Shown: one piece after another, positions 16,091 to 30,194 of the stretch
Layout of the letters: each line of letters begins with the position of its first letter
Position numbering within the stretch: position 1 is the stretch's first letter
Origin: Eledone cirrhosa
Lineage: Eukaryota
Direction: 5' to 3'
Assembly (NCBI GenBank): GCA_964016885.1
Contig: OZ024740.1
Span: 250,480,001 to 250,544,000, forward strand
Length of the DNA stretch: 64,000 bases
Made by a program: the position numbers and the translations under genes
The notes under the pieces: model-generated
Databases searched by the model: none
Told to the model about the DNA's origin: nothing
Seen by the model: only the letters and a program-made list of their open reading frames with translations

Positions 16091-16399
16091 CATGCACACA
16101 TATATATATGTACGTCTGGATTCACCAAACATTTATTATAATGCCCGGTTTGTTTGTAAACAAACAGCCCGAATTACGTATCAAACACTCACACATATAT
16201 ATGTATCCACATTCACATACCGACACATGTAAAAATACATACACATGCACACCCGCACACCAATACACCCACATATATACATACATAGACACATAAAAAT
16301 GAAAAATATGCAATAGAAAAAGATAAGTACACACATACAAAAATAACGCCTATATAGAAGTAGAAATATACACACACCAACACACGCACGCACACATAT

Positions 16400-17630
16400 A
16401 AATATATATACAAATATTGCAACAAGTTTCTAAAAAAGCTGAATTCAACGTTAAATCTGTTTAAAAAGAACAAGAAAATCCAAGTGTATGCTGATAAAAC
16501 AGAGCATATCTATAACTTAGATTATGAACAATACAAACAATACAATCAATATATCAATTTATTAAATTGAGTAGTTATAATGTGACACATAAATTAAGAA
16601 GGAAAAATGCATCTGGTATAATCCTCCATTCGGTATTCAGGTCGCTTCTAATATACTTAAGTTATTTTTGATATAGTGAAATATGTATGGTTGGGAATTT
16701 TCCTCCCAACCATACATATTTTAAGATACTAAATAGAAATAATGTGAAACTGTCCTTTTCTACAACCCCTAATTTGGCGGATTACATAGCAATGAATAAT
16801 AAAAAGAAACTTAATTCCTTTAAGGTAGATTTATAACTAATACTGGACCCCTAGAAATAATATAGGCATTAATACCCCTAATAATACTAATAGCAACAAC
16901 ATCATGGTTGATACTAATACAATTACTGAATGTATTTCCACTCTTAATATCGCAAATACAACACTCACAGTCTTAATTTTAGTGAAACTGATATTTGGAA
17001 TAATGGTAGTATTGTTAACAATAATGTAAACACCCAAATCAATAGTAGGGTGTCTGGAATTGATATTGACAATAAGGAATGGGGGTAAAACAAAGTATAC
17101 CAGTGACTTTTTTGTTGGTGGATATCATAAGGATATAATCAATAATAATAGTCGACCTTTTTGGATTAATTGTAATTGTAGAATTCCTAATAATTCTCAT
17201 GTAGGGGTAAATGTCTTAAAACTAATGTTATTGATAGATGATAGTTACTTTAATTACATAGGCAATTACACGTGGGGGTAAATGTCTTAAAACTAATATT
17301 ATTGATAGATGGTAGTTACTTTAATTACATAGGTGCTACTGCCAATAAATTCAAAACTGGATCCTATGCTCATATACATTCATTCAAAAATAAGAACGTA
17401 AAAAATACAACTTCTCTGTCAAAATTAATCTGGCCCCTTAAAGAAGATAAGGTTAAATATAATATTAAAGGGTCTCTAATTAATACAGCAAGGCCATATG
17501 CGGGAAATAGATCCAAATGTAATCTTTGTTTAACGGGGGCGTTTGAAACATTTAACCTCCAAATTGAACTTAATAAATGCTTCTTGTCAACATAAAACAC
17601 ATTACTCCTTTTATTATAAAATTAAAGAAC
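16400..17630 (+). mobile_element. Degenerate PLE fragment (RT C-terminus plus GIY-YIG)
   Basis: WYNPPF, CNCRIPNN, YIGATANKFKT..HIHSFKN..TTSLS..CNLCLT; internal 73-bp tandem duplication (17195-17340) and a small hairpin at 16679-16721. Confidence 0.8.
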
Positions 17631-17661
17631 CTGACTAGAGTTGTACTTAATTTAGGGTTGC

Positions 17662-17719
<58 letters not shown>

Positions 17720-17722
<3 letters not shown>

Positions 17723-19150
17723 GCTGGCCCATCGGGAATAGTTTTCGAGATGATGAAAGCATCTGGGTCGGTGAGTCACACCTTAACCACTCGTATTGTA
17801 AATCAAGTAATATTAGATGGCGTCATACCAGCAGCATCATTGTCAACTGCTACAAGGGTAAAGGAAATAGAGGAAACTATAGAGGTATAAAGCTGTTGGA
17901 TCCGGTCATGAAAGTAACAGAAATAGTCATAGTACAGTTGATTAGGGACAGGGTAAATCTAGATGAGTTTGGATTTGTGCCACTTCCTTGTAAAGCAGTT
18001 GCAGGAAAAGTACCTAGCTAAAAGTAAGCCGGTCTACCTGGCGTTTCACAATCTGGAAAAAGCTTTCTATAGAGTGCCCTGTGCCATAATCTGGTGGACT
18101 CTTACAAAACTATGAGTAAATGAGTGGCTTGTGAAGGCTGTACAAGCCATGTATAGGGGAGCAGTCAGCAAACTTTGGATTACAATGACTATAGTGAGGA
18201 ATTTAGTGTACAGGTTGGTGTCCACCAGGGCTCTGTTCTTAGCCATCTCATGTTTATCATCGTTCTACAGGCTATAACACAGGAGTTTAAGACTGGCAGC
18301 CCATGGGAGCTTCTGTACGTGGATGATCTTAGCGGAATGTATGATGGAACTAGAGAATAAATTCCAAACACGAAGCAGGGTCTAAAATCAAAGGGCCTCA
18401 AAGTCAACCTGACAAAGACTAAGGTCCTAGTAAATAGAAAAAAAAAAACAGAACCTTGATCACTTCAAGCAAATAGCCTTGCTCAGTATGTAGGAAAAGT
18501 GTAGGTAGAAATTCTATCCTCTGCCCCAAATGCAAACTATGTATACACAAGAGATGTAATGGAAACTTAGGAAGTTTAGCTAAAAAAATGTAGGCTTTAT
18601 ATGTAGCAGTTGCACCGGGACAGTAAACAGCAAACGACCACAGGAAACAAACACTATCAAATTCTGGGAGGGCTCAGTAGAATTAGTAGACAGCTTCTTC
18701 TACCCGAGTGACCAAATTAGCAGCAGAGTTGGGTGTTCTGAAAGTATAGTAGCCAGAGTAAAAACGGGACGGAAGTTGTTCAGGGAGCTACTACCACTGC
18801 TAGCTTCAATGACAGACTGTATGACGCATGCAAACGAACAGCGATGTTGCATGGTGCTGTTTTCAGAAGACTTGCGTAGATTGGAAAGAAATGAAGCTTG
18901 CATGCTTAGATGGATGTGTAATAGTAATATATGAGAATGGCAAAGCATAAATTAACAGAGAGAGAGAGAGGAACTAGGCATAAGAGAAATCAAATGCTGT
19001 GTGCAAGAGAAAGGGATTACGTTGGTATGGACTTGTGATGCGCATGAAGGATGACAGCTGCATAAAAAGGGACGACTTGGGATGAGGTGATAAAATCCGA
19101 CCTTGCCCAATTTCCCCTCTCAAAAGTAATGACACAGGACCAAGATCCTT
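17720..19150 (+). mobile_element. RTE-clade LINE, 5'-truncated and degenerate
   Basis: YKGKG..NYRGIKL, GVHQGSVLS, WELLYVDDL, Cys-rich CSVCRKSVGRNSILCPKC, WYGLVMRM. Confidence 0.85.
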
Positions 19151-19371
19151 GGCGTAACGGAGTAATACAGAAGTCCCGACTTCCCGCGGGTACAGGCCGA
19201 AGCTGAAGCATATATACAATATGCACCACCACGCCCCATATATATGAAGGAGTCTCTTGAAAAGCTCGGACACTCATGGATAATGCAACGATTAGACATT
19301 TCCACAAAGTACGAGCGAAGCTATCGATAGTCGGGACTGGGAGAATTTTTGGTAATGTTTATCTATATTTT

Positions 19372-19620
19372 TCTTTTCAAACTTACATTTTAGACTTAGC
19401 TCCGTTTAATTGATTATTTGTCCAGTTAATTTTTACGGATTAAGAGGAAAGACTAGGTAAATTTTATCTGACTGTTCCCCATAGAGGAATATCGATAACA
19501 TTTATCCGTTATTTCTTCAAAATTACATTTTAAAATTAGCTCCGTTTAAATGATTTATCTGGTTGATAAGGACTAAGGAGAAAAAGATTCGATAAATTTT
19601 GTCTGACTATTCTTCAAACT
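19372..19620. repeat. Imperfect tandem duplication, about 140-bp unit, 2 copies
   Basis: ttacatttta..ttagctccgtttaa and taaatttt.tctgact.ttc each occur twice. Confidence 0.7.
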
Positions 19621-19622
19621 TA

Positions 19623-19674
<52 letters not shown>

Positions 19675-19676
<2 letters not shown>

Positions 19677-20140
19677 AAATTAAGATAAATTAAATGAATT
19701 TAATCCAAATCGAAATTGTGGGTGTCATGCCATAACGGCCTGCGCCATATCGCCCGGAAATAAGCTCAAAGATAGGTCCGATCATTTTATAATAACTAGA
19801 AATTGATTAACATATATAAACATGAATAATCACAGGAGATAATTTTTACAAGCGTGTAACCACGCATAGCTAGTTGGGTAACAAATAAATAGATACCTTT
19901 TAATATGATTAATCTTCCCTGTATATATTCCATTAAAGAAATATATTTCACCAATTTTGGATATAGATATATAAATACGGCTCCTTAATTGTAGAGCTAA
20001 TTCTGTTGAAAGGAATTGACTGCTGTTTCTAGTTGTCGAATACCTATTCACGCCACTGAGACGAGACTGCTGTCATATGTGGTAACACGTGGTAGCGGCC
20101 AGTTGAAGATTTGAACTCGCTGCGTAAGCATGGATGGCTG
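19675..20140. repeat. Dispersed repeat, colinear copy of the 13713-14516 family
   Basis: Shares ataataactagaaattgattaacat, gtgtcatgcca and gactgctgtttctagttgtcga blocks; abuts (TA)n. Confidence 0.8.
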
Positions 20141-20500
20141 GACATTATTATTCTTCCATTATCATTCTTCCATTATCATTTACCAAAAGCATACTGTCTC
20201 ATTAATACTTAGTATATCTCTCTATACGTAATTTTTGCAAATATGTTTATATTGTATAATAACATAATCATATTAATAGTTAGGTATATCTCTGCATTTA
20301 GTTTTTTTTGCATTTATACTTAAAATGTATAATAATTTAATCATAATTATTGTTTCGGCATAACGCTATATATAGTTTGTGCAAATATATATATATTGTA
20401 CAATAACATAATCATTATTTAGAGTTCATTCTTCACTTGAAGGTAGAACTAATATAGTGATTTAATATAATATAATAAATATTAATTTATTACGATAAAT

Positions 20501-20716
<216 letters not shown>

Positions 20717-21394
20717 ACTGCGTTAATTATTATACTTTAGACAATGTATCTACTTGACAATAGATTCCTTGATATTTGTAACAGTAAGTACTTCATAAAT
20801 TATACATACCGAAAATGTTGACACTGTTATAAGTAATTTTGTCAAAGATTACATTTAAGTGAATATTGAACAGTGTATATTTTTCTTTCGCGGGCCTTTA
20901 AATTTGTTTTCATAAAACTTAGAATTTTAGAAATGTAACACATTTAAACATATTTATAAAATTAATATAAATAACCATCAACTTTTAAAACCTAAAATTT
21001 TGATTCTTCACCCTAAAATAACATAAATTAAATATTTTGAAATTTAACCGCTAAGTTTATATGTGAAAAATTGTTTGCATAAATTACTCCCTTTTATCTC
21101 TCCCTCTCTTTAATTATCTATCGGTTGCTTTCTCAAGCCAAAAACTGTTATAAAATTATAACTCCAGAGACGTCTTCCTCTATAATCCTAATTTGTAGTA
21201 TCCCAGATTTTAAAAACTCTATAACTGTTACATTAAAGCAATGTTTTTCTTACTCATACCTTCTCTATTGATTCTATTACGTTTTCGCATGTTCTCATTA
21301 TTAGGGTATAAATGTTGAGTTTTCTCATAAGTTAATCACTACCTTGATTAAATCTTAACCATTTAACATCTCAGGGTATGTCATGTATCATTTT

Positions 21395-21447
21395 ATTTTA
21401 TCTGATGAGGACGTACTGTTGTACCTCTGAAATATGTATAATAAAAT
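21395..21447 (+). ncRNA. Minimal type-I hammerhead ribozyme
   Basis: attttat CTGATGA gga-c-gtac tgtt gtac-c-tct GAAA tatgta TA ataaaat. Confidence 0.85.
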
Positions 21448-21628
21448 TTAATTGATCACAAGCAGATCTATTTTATTAATATTTGTATTTTAATATTAAT
21501 AACCCTGGAAAATATTTGTCTGTAGATTGCTTCCAATCTACTGTAAAGCTCATTCTTTGATATATTCATTGATTCTTGTTTAACTCTTTAATATATATAA
21601 TATATTATATATTATATAATATTTATAT

Positions 21629-21674
<46 letters not shown>

Positions 21675-21675
<1 letters not shown>

Positions 21676-22900
21676 TTAGTTAAGCAAAACAAGACCACAA
21701 ATTTCGCAAGGAAGACATTATTAGAAGATTGTTAACATATTTTAGTTTGACCCTAGGAAGGCCCCTACCAACTCCACTAGAACCCCTAGAAGGAATAGAC
21801 CTAGAAATATCACCTGGCTTAACCCCCCAATCTCATATAATCTAGCCACTAATATCCCCAAACGCTTCTTCTCTATCCTATCTAAACATTTTCCCCCAAA
21901 CCATAGATATTACAAATTCTTTAATAAAAATAACATTAAAATCTCATTCTCCACAACACCTAACCTAGCTAGCCATCTCGCATTCAGTAACCAACATAAG
22001 CTAAGACAGTATAACTCCCACACCGCGGTACCACCACCCCTATCAAATACACCATGCCACTACACCAATAATTACTCTAGTAGCACACCTCCCCCATCTA
22101 ATCCTTCTAGCACTGACCTACCGCTTAGGTTAAACTACCCTACTCTCACTAACCGCAGAAGCAACTGCAACTGCCGTTACCCCAATGCATGCCTATTAAA
22201 TGGACACTGCCTGACACCCAGCATAGTCTATAGGTGCACAGTTAAAACTGCTTCGAATACCAGCTCTTATATCGGGTCTACCTCTAACCCTTTTAAGGTA
22301 CGCTATAACGCGCACTCGTTTTCCTTCCGAGACCCTAGCAACAGATGTTCGACATCGCTAGCTAGGCTCATTAAAAACCTTAAATTAAACAGCGTTCAAC
22401 ACTCACTAAAATGGGATATCGTGGCTAGGGCCCAACCGTTCAATGGACGAAGAAAATCTTGTGATCTCTGTATTACATAACTCTATCACGACCTCTACCG
22501 ATTAACGATAGAACGGAGGTAACTATTAGCTGTCAACATCGAAGGGCTAATTCCTTCGCCAATAGAATATTTGACCCAACTTAGTCATCTAGCCCCATTT
22601 TTACTTGTAGCTAATAAGTTAAATAGCTATGAACAACTTAGATAATTATAAGTTACCTCCCCTACATTAAACCTCTCTCAATTAAAAAATTTAAAAATTA
22701 GCACTTAACTATAAATACCCACAATTTCTAATCTCTCGAAGAGTTACTTCCCCTGAAACCACTCTCTAATTAGTAAGGTAAATATGTCCTTTGGCAGCCA
22801 TCTTGTTACCCATAGTCAGATCTCACACAATGCAGCCTCGACAGATGAATACTGCTTGATTATGGCTGACAACTGATGCAACCAAGACACCATAGTGAAA
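21675..22900 (+). mobile_element. Degenerate PLE 3' fragment (GIY-YIG plus 3' region)
   Basis: KHFPPNHRYYKFFNKNNIKISFST, CNCRYPNACLLNGHCLTPSIVYRCTV..SYIGSTSNPFKVRYNAH..CDLC. Confidence 0.85.
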
Positions 22901-22955
22901 AACCAATATATTAATATATATATATATGTATGTATGTATATGTATATATTATATA

Positions 22956-24780
<1,825 letters not shown>

Positions 24781-24894
24781 GCGCACAGACTTAAACATAC
24801 ACACAGTAGACATCTCTTAATCCAATATGCACCCCACACCTCCAACACCAACCCACCCACTTCTGCCCACACCACCCTTACTTATATTGATATC

Positions 24895-25130
24895 ACAAAA
24901 CATCCAGCCCACGCTGTAAAGTGGTCATATAGATGTCACGACAAAAAGCACCCAGCACACTGTGAATGTGGTTGGCGTTAGAAAGGGTATCCAGTCGTAG
25001 GAAACCAGCCAGAAACAGTCCTATATGAGTGAAACACAGTCACCAGACCCAATTTGTCCCTAATGGGACAAACACGTCTAACCCATGCTAGTGTGGAAAA
25101 TGGATGTTAAACGATAATGACGATGATGAT
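24895..25130 (+). mobile_element. SINE-like 3' segment with (GAT)n tail
   Basis: gtggttggcgttagaaagggtatccag...ccatgctagtgtggaaaatggatgttaaac followed by gatgatgat. Confidence 0.5.
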
Positions 25131-25211
25131 ATATATTTATACACACACATACACACACACATACACATACACGCACACACATATATATATATAGTGTGTG
25201 TATATTATATA

Positions 25212-26484
25212 CGAGGGGTTTTCAAAAAATTCGTGGAAAAAGGAAAGTTGGAAAAAACGGTTTCAGTTATGATGATTATTTTTCAACATATGTTCCATCT
25301 AGGGCAATACACCTCTGCAAGCGTTGAAGTCCATCTGTGTAAAACTGGGGTCCATGCAATTTAAACCATGTCAAAGCAGCTTTTTTTACATCTTCAATTG
25401 ATGAAAAATTGATACCTTTCAATGATTTTTTCAAGTTTGGAAACAAAAAGAAGTTGGATGGAGCTAAATTGGGACTGTAAGGTGAATGTCAGATGATTTA
25501 CCATCGAAATTCGCCTAACAAAGCTCGTGTCTACTGAGCACCGTGAGCGGGTGCATTGTTGTGGTGGAAGAGGACGCGCCGATGCAGCTTCACCGGGCGT
25601 TTTCCGTGATTTTCTTGACCAGTTTTCTCAAAACGTCTTCAAAATATCCAGCTTTAAGTGTTCTCTTGTTATCGAGGTAGTCAACCAGAAAAATCCCCTC
25701 TGCATCCCAGAAGACAGTGGCTTTGACCTTCACTCTTGAACATTCACATTTTGCCTTGACTAGCCCACTTCCACCCTTGGGCAGCCACTGCTTTGATTGA
25801 GTTTTGTCCTCGGGATTTCACTGGGAGAGCCACGTTTCATCCCTGGTAACAATTCTCTGCAAAAATGCTTCAGGGTCTTCATCCCACTTGTTCAAAATTT
25901 CCATTGAAAGATCTGCCCTTGTTTGCTGCTGATCTGGGCGCAACAACTTTGGGATCCATTGAACGGAAAGCTTGTTCAGCTCTAAACTCCCCACCAGAGT
26001 GTGTGTGCAGAACCCACGGAGATGTTGAGTGTGTCGGCTACTGATTCAGTGGTTATTCGCCTATCCTTTTCAATTAGGCCACGAACAGTATCGATGTTTT
26101 CCACACAGATTGACGTATATGGCCTGCCGCTATGGGGATCATCTTCAACCTCATCTCTTCCTCTTATAAAACGAATTAACCATTTATAGGTTGTTGACAT
26201 CTTTGGGGCATTGTCCCCATAAACTTACTCCAGAGCGTCAATGATTTGGTTGCTCTTCCATCTTAGCTTCACCATGAAATTGATGTTAGTCCTGGCCTCA
26301 ATTTTGATGGAACCATGTTGCTTGAGTGGATGTTGACTTCCGAATAGCGGCGCCGCATTGCGACATGCATTTAAGGGTTCATGTTAGAACATGTTATGAC
26401 ACGTTAGTACGAGAACGCACAGGTGCAGTGAGATAAAAAATCTCTGCATATGATTTTTAGTTATGTAGTTTTAGCACGAACTTT
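25212..26484 (-). mobile_element. Mariner-family DNA transposon with decayed transposase
   Basis: TA-CGAGGGG..aattcgtg terminus and partial cacgaacttt at the other end; YKWLIRFIRGRDEVEDDPHSGRP, DRRIT, WIPKLL, IVTRDETW motifs. Confidence 0.85.
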
Positions 26485-26712
26485 CATGTGGCATTAAGTG
26501 ACAAAGAATATGACTACACCCTGAACAGGACACCGTTCAACAAAAGTTTAATCCCTGCCTCCACAGTTGCTGGTACTCATTTTTTCTAGTTTGAACTAGA
26601 GCAATGTGAAATGAAATACTTAGCTCAAACACAATGCTCCACCCATGTGAAAATTGAACCTAAGACCACAAGATCATGAGCCTAATACCCTAACCAATAG
26701 GCCATGTGCCTT
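26485..26712 (-). mobile_element. SINE family 2, diverged copy
   Basis: ggcacatggcctattggttagg head and ggttcaatt B-box; similar to 13270-13505. Confidence 0.6.
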
Positions 26713-27375
26713 TATTAAATGTGTATATAAGAGCACATTATCCAACATGTCCTTTTTTTTAAACATGAGAATGTGGCTTTAGGGAGGTTTAACTCCTATT
26801 TCTAGCAGGTCAAGACCACCCACCTCCTCACTCTCCTTAGCATTGCATTCTGAGTTCAAAGCCTATTTGAGTGATCCCTCAGTTTAATACCACCATCTGA
26901 TACACTTAGTGTAGTCCACTTTCCAGCGAACATTCAGGCCAAGTTTTCCTTTCTCCTGCCTCTTACCACTTTTGGAGGCCCTGAAAAAATAGAGGGTCAT
27001 TGTCCTTTCCTCCTTGAATAGATTTTAAAAAAAATAGAACAAGTTGTAATTAATCAAGAACTAAGTGGTTTGTATAGAAAACCATTTGTTCTATGAGGAG
27101 ACATAAACCAGAATTATTCAGCTGGAAAACTATCATGCAACCACTTTATTGACTTATCCCAGTCAGCTGCTGGAACACTCAACAGAGGAAGAGAGTTGGA
27201 TTAATTAGTCAGTGGTAAAATATGAATTACTTCAGTGAAAATTGATAACAGACTTAATTGCAAATAATGTTCTAGCAGTTGGGATATCTGTTACAGTGAA
27301 GATGTGTTTATTTTTCTACATCTCTCCCAGTAGAATTTTTTCTTTTTTGCTATGCCAACATAAAGAAAAACATAG

Positions 27376-27459
<84 letters not shown>

Positions 27460-27498
27460 GATATTAACAAATGGAAACTATATTTATAAAACCATATT

Positions 27499-27563
27499 TA
27501 TTTTATTATACATATTTCAAGGATACCATGTTAAATTATTGTATGCCTTCATCAGACAAAATA
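27499..27563 (-). ncRNA. Hammerhead ribozyme, left arm
   Basis: Mirror of 27676-27740 with one stem II substitution. Confidence 0.8.
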
Positions 27564-27675
27564 CAATATATACCAGTTTTATAAATAAACATTGACGTAC
27601 CCTTTCAAAATACAACCGTTACTTTTGGAAGACATCAGGATAGTCAATGTTTATTTATAAAACTGGTATATATTG

Positions 27676-27740
27676 TATTTTGTCTGATGAAGGCATACCA
27701 TAATTTAACATGGTATCCTTGAAATATGTATAATAAAATA
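27676..27740 (+). ncRNA. Minimal type-I hammerhead ribozyme, right arm
   Basis: tattttgt CTGATGA agg-c-atacca...tggtat-c-ctt GAAA tatgta TA ataaaata. Confidence 0.85.
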
Positions 27741-27867
27741 AATATGGTTTTATAAATATAGTTTCCATTTGTTAATATCGTATATTTACTCCAAATACTT
27801 GTCGAGTGCTTTATATCAGTTATAAAAATATTTGCTTGTTGTATCCCAACAATTTAAATAGAACTTT

Positions 27868-27923
<56 letters not shown>

Positions 27924-27926
<3 letters not shown>

Positions 27927-28974
27927 TACAATAACAGAGATAGCTTTAAGCTAAACTCCGACTGGTAACCATCTCACTCAACAAACATTAGGTTATATGT
28001 TAGTATAAACCCAATTTAAGTGTTTGGGGTGCTAACTATATGTATTTTGTGGAAAGCCAGTTGTATTATTTTATATGAGATATAATTAAAGTTAAAATAT
28101 ATCTCTCTTTCCAAACAATTGTTTCATTATAAGTTTTCTACAAGTTTGGAGAATGTTTCCAGTTTATGTAGAAGCCTAACATATTTTCATGTAAGAAAAT
28201 ATTTAGGTGGGCACTTATAAATCGTCAGTGGAAGCCCATTAAACTTTGATATAAGAAAAAATTCCTTACCACAGTTAATTTTCGTGTCCGCTAAGTTGTT
28301 CCTTCACGCATCGAATGACCGCCAAATTTGAAATTCCAGCAGTCTTTTGACTGAGGAAGTATCATAGCGTCACGAAGCGGAAAAGGGAGACAACCACGAT
28401 TCACGAGAAAAGTAAAATAATATACACGTGGGTTAATTAGTTTTTTCAAAAACATTATCAATCCTGCGTGTTAAGAACTCAATTAATTTTAAAAAAATAA
28501 ATGTATGCGTGTATTAATTACCCACGCATATAGATATTTTCTTAGGCTAAAAACAGAGAAATGATACCTAAAAACAATCACATCTCATAACTGTAATAAA
28601 TACGGAAAGTTACGCTTTAAAAGGCATTTGGGAATGTAAATCTCTGGCCAAATTAAGAGTAAAATATTTAATACACGCGAGTTAATTAGTTATTTCAAAA
28701 CCAATATTAATTTCGTGTGTTAAGAACTCAATTAATTTAAAAAAATAAATGTATGCATGTAATTATTTACACACGCATATAGCTATTTTCTTAGGCTAAA
28801 AACAGAGAAATGATTCCCCAAAAAACAAACAATATCTCATAACAGTAATAAATACGGAAAGTCATGTTTATAAGGTACCTGGAAATAAAAATCTGTGGCC
28901 AAATCAAGAATAAAATATTTAATACAATAACAGAGATAGCTTTAAGCTAAACTCCGACAGGTAACCATCTCACT

Positions 28975-28977
<3 letters not shown>
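27924..28977 (-). mobile_element. Non-coding hammerhead-bearing element with 58-bp terminal direct repeats
   Basis: 27924-27981 matches 28920-28977 with 1 mismatch; internal tandem of about 250 bp, 2 copies (28411-28925); flanked by (TA)n. Confidence 0.7.
28109..28233 (-). ncRNA. Hammerhead ribozyme with long stem II
   Basis: ttcca CTGACGA t-ttataag...cttataa-t GAAA caattg TT tggaa. Confidence 0.72.
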
Positions 28978-29019
<42 letters not shown>

Positions 29020-29329
29020 ACCCTAGGCAGGAATATCGCCTGAGCCGGGACAGGTTGACCCGGATTCCATTGACTTTCACCGATCAGACAATATACCTCA
29101 ACCACAGTGACATACTCCAGTATGGCCGGTCCACGCACCTCCATGCATGTGTATCTTTTCAATAGAGAGTCCATACTCTCCACGTATTCCATTTTGTAAC
29201 ACCTATTGTATTTTCCGTATACAGACCCCCCCCCCCCCCACACACACACTTTTTATGCGAGAAGAGGTAGAGGAATTAAGTTTTAGGTTGGTATTTTTGG
29301 GTGTAGTATGAGTGGCATTTAGGTGTGGG

Positions 29330-29940
29330 TTTTTCATTTGGTGTTTGTTGGTAATATTGGGTTGTGTGTTTGAAGTATTATTGGTGCAAGGTATATAGAC
29401 TAATTTGTTTTTGTGGCCGCTTCTAGCTAAAGCTTCGTTATAAAAGGGCGCATTTTTATCGAATACATCCTGGTTAGATGAAAGGTTAGAGATTCTGAGT
29501 GAGATATTATATGCTAGGTTTTTAAGGATAGATCTAGGGTGATTGGATTGTGAGTGTATGTAATGTAAGTTTTGGTTAGGTTTATGGTAAGATTGGTAGA
29601 TACCCGTAGATAAGTCTAAAGTTATATCTAGGAAATTGACTATTTTACTGGTGTTTTCAAATGTAATAGTGAGATTGTCTTTGAGGATAGTTCTAATATG
29701 TTTTTTATTTTTTCAATTTCTGATAGGCTAAGATTAGTGGAAAGAAGACAGTCATCACGATATAAACCACCTTTAAGGTGGGGAAAAGAAGAATTTATGT
29801 TAAATAGAAGAAAGAGGCCCACAAGATCGGTAATTTGGGCAGAATCACTAGAGCCCATAGTAATGTCGAAGAGATTACTATATGTATTTCTGGTCCAGGA
29901 TTCCTTCTGAAATTCCACTAGTGTTTGTCTAGTGTGCGTA
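29330..29940 (-). mobile_element. PLE reverse transcriptase fragment
   Basis: FDITMGSSDSAQITDLVG..GGLYRDDCL, NFLDITL, YHKPN..YIHSQSNHP. Confidence 0.85.
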
Positions 29941-30008
29941 CGATCGTAAAATGCTGAATTTTTTAATATAAGGAACTTGTTCTTTGTTTTTATTCATTGT
30001 TTTTTTAA

Positions 30009-30049
<41 letters not shown>

Positions 30050-30059
30050 GTAGTATTAA

Positions 30060-30192
30060 TAATAACAATAATAATAATTGTTTCTACGTTAGGCACAAGG
30101 CCAGCAATTACCCAGTGTATTACTGGTACTTTATTTTATCGACCCCGTAAGGATGAAAGGCAAAGTTAACCTCGGCGGGATTTGAACTCAGA
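30060..30192 (-). mobile_element. SINE family 1, 5'-truncated, at the end of the LINE array
   Basis: Core plus (ATT)n tail; the head is replaced by the tail of LINE copy A. Confidence 0.8.
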
Positions 30193-30194
30193 AT

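Larger units (their letters stand above)
27455..27784. repeat. Inverted repeat with 142-bp arms and a 46-nt spacer; both arms carry a hammerhead
   Basis: 27455-27596 is the reverse complement of 27643-27784 with about one mismatch. Confidence 0.93.

Noticed and set aside
20045-20105. Possible HDV-like or hammerhead-like ribozyme (gccact/agcggc pairing; homologue at 14000-14070)
   Set aside because: No complete P3/L3/P1.1 pattern or CTGANGA/GAAA core can be built in either copy; needs a covariance-model search.
26720-27370. Apparently unique sequence that might hold a host exon
   Set aside because: No convincing ORF bounded by splice sites and no recognisable protein motif.
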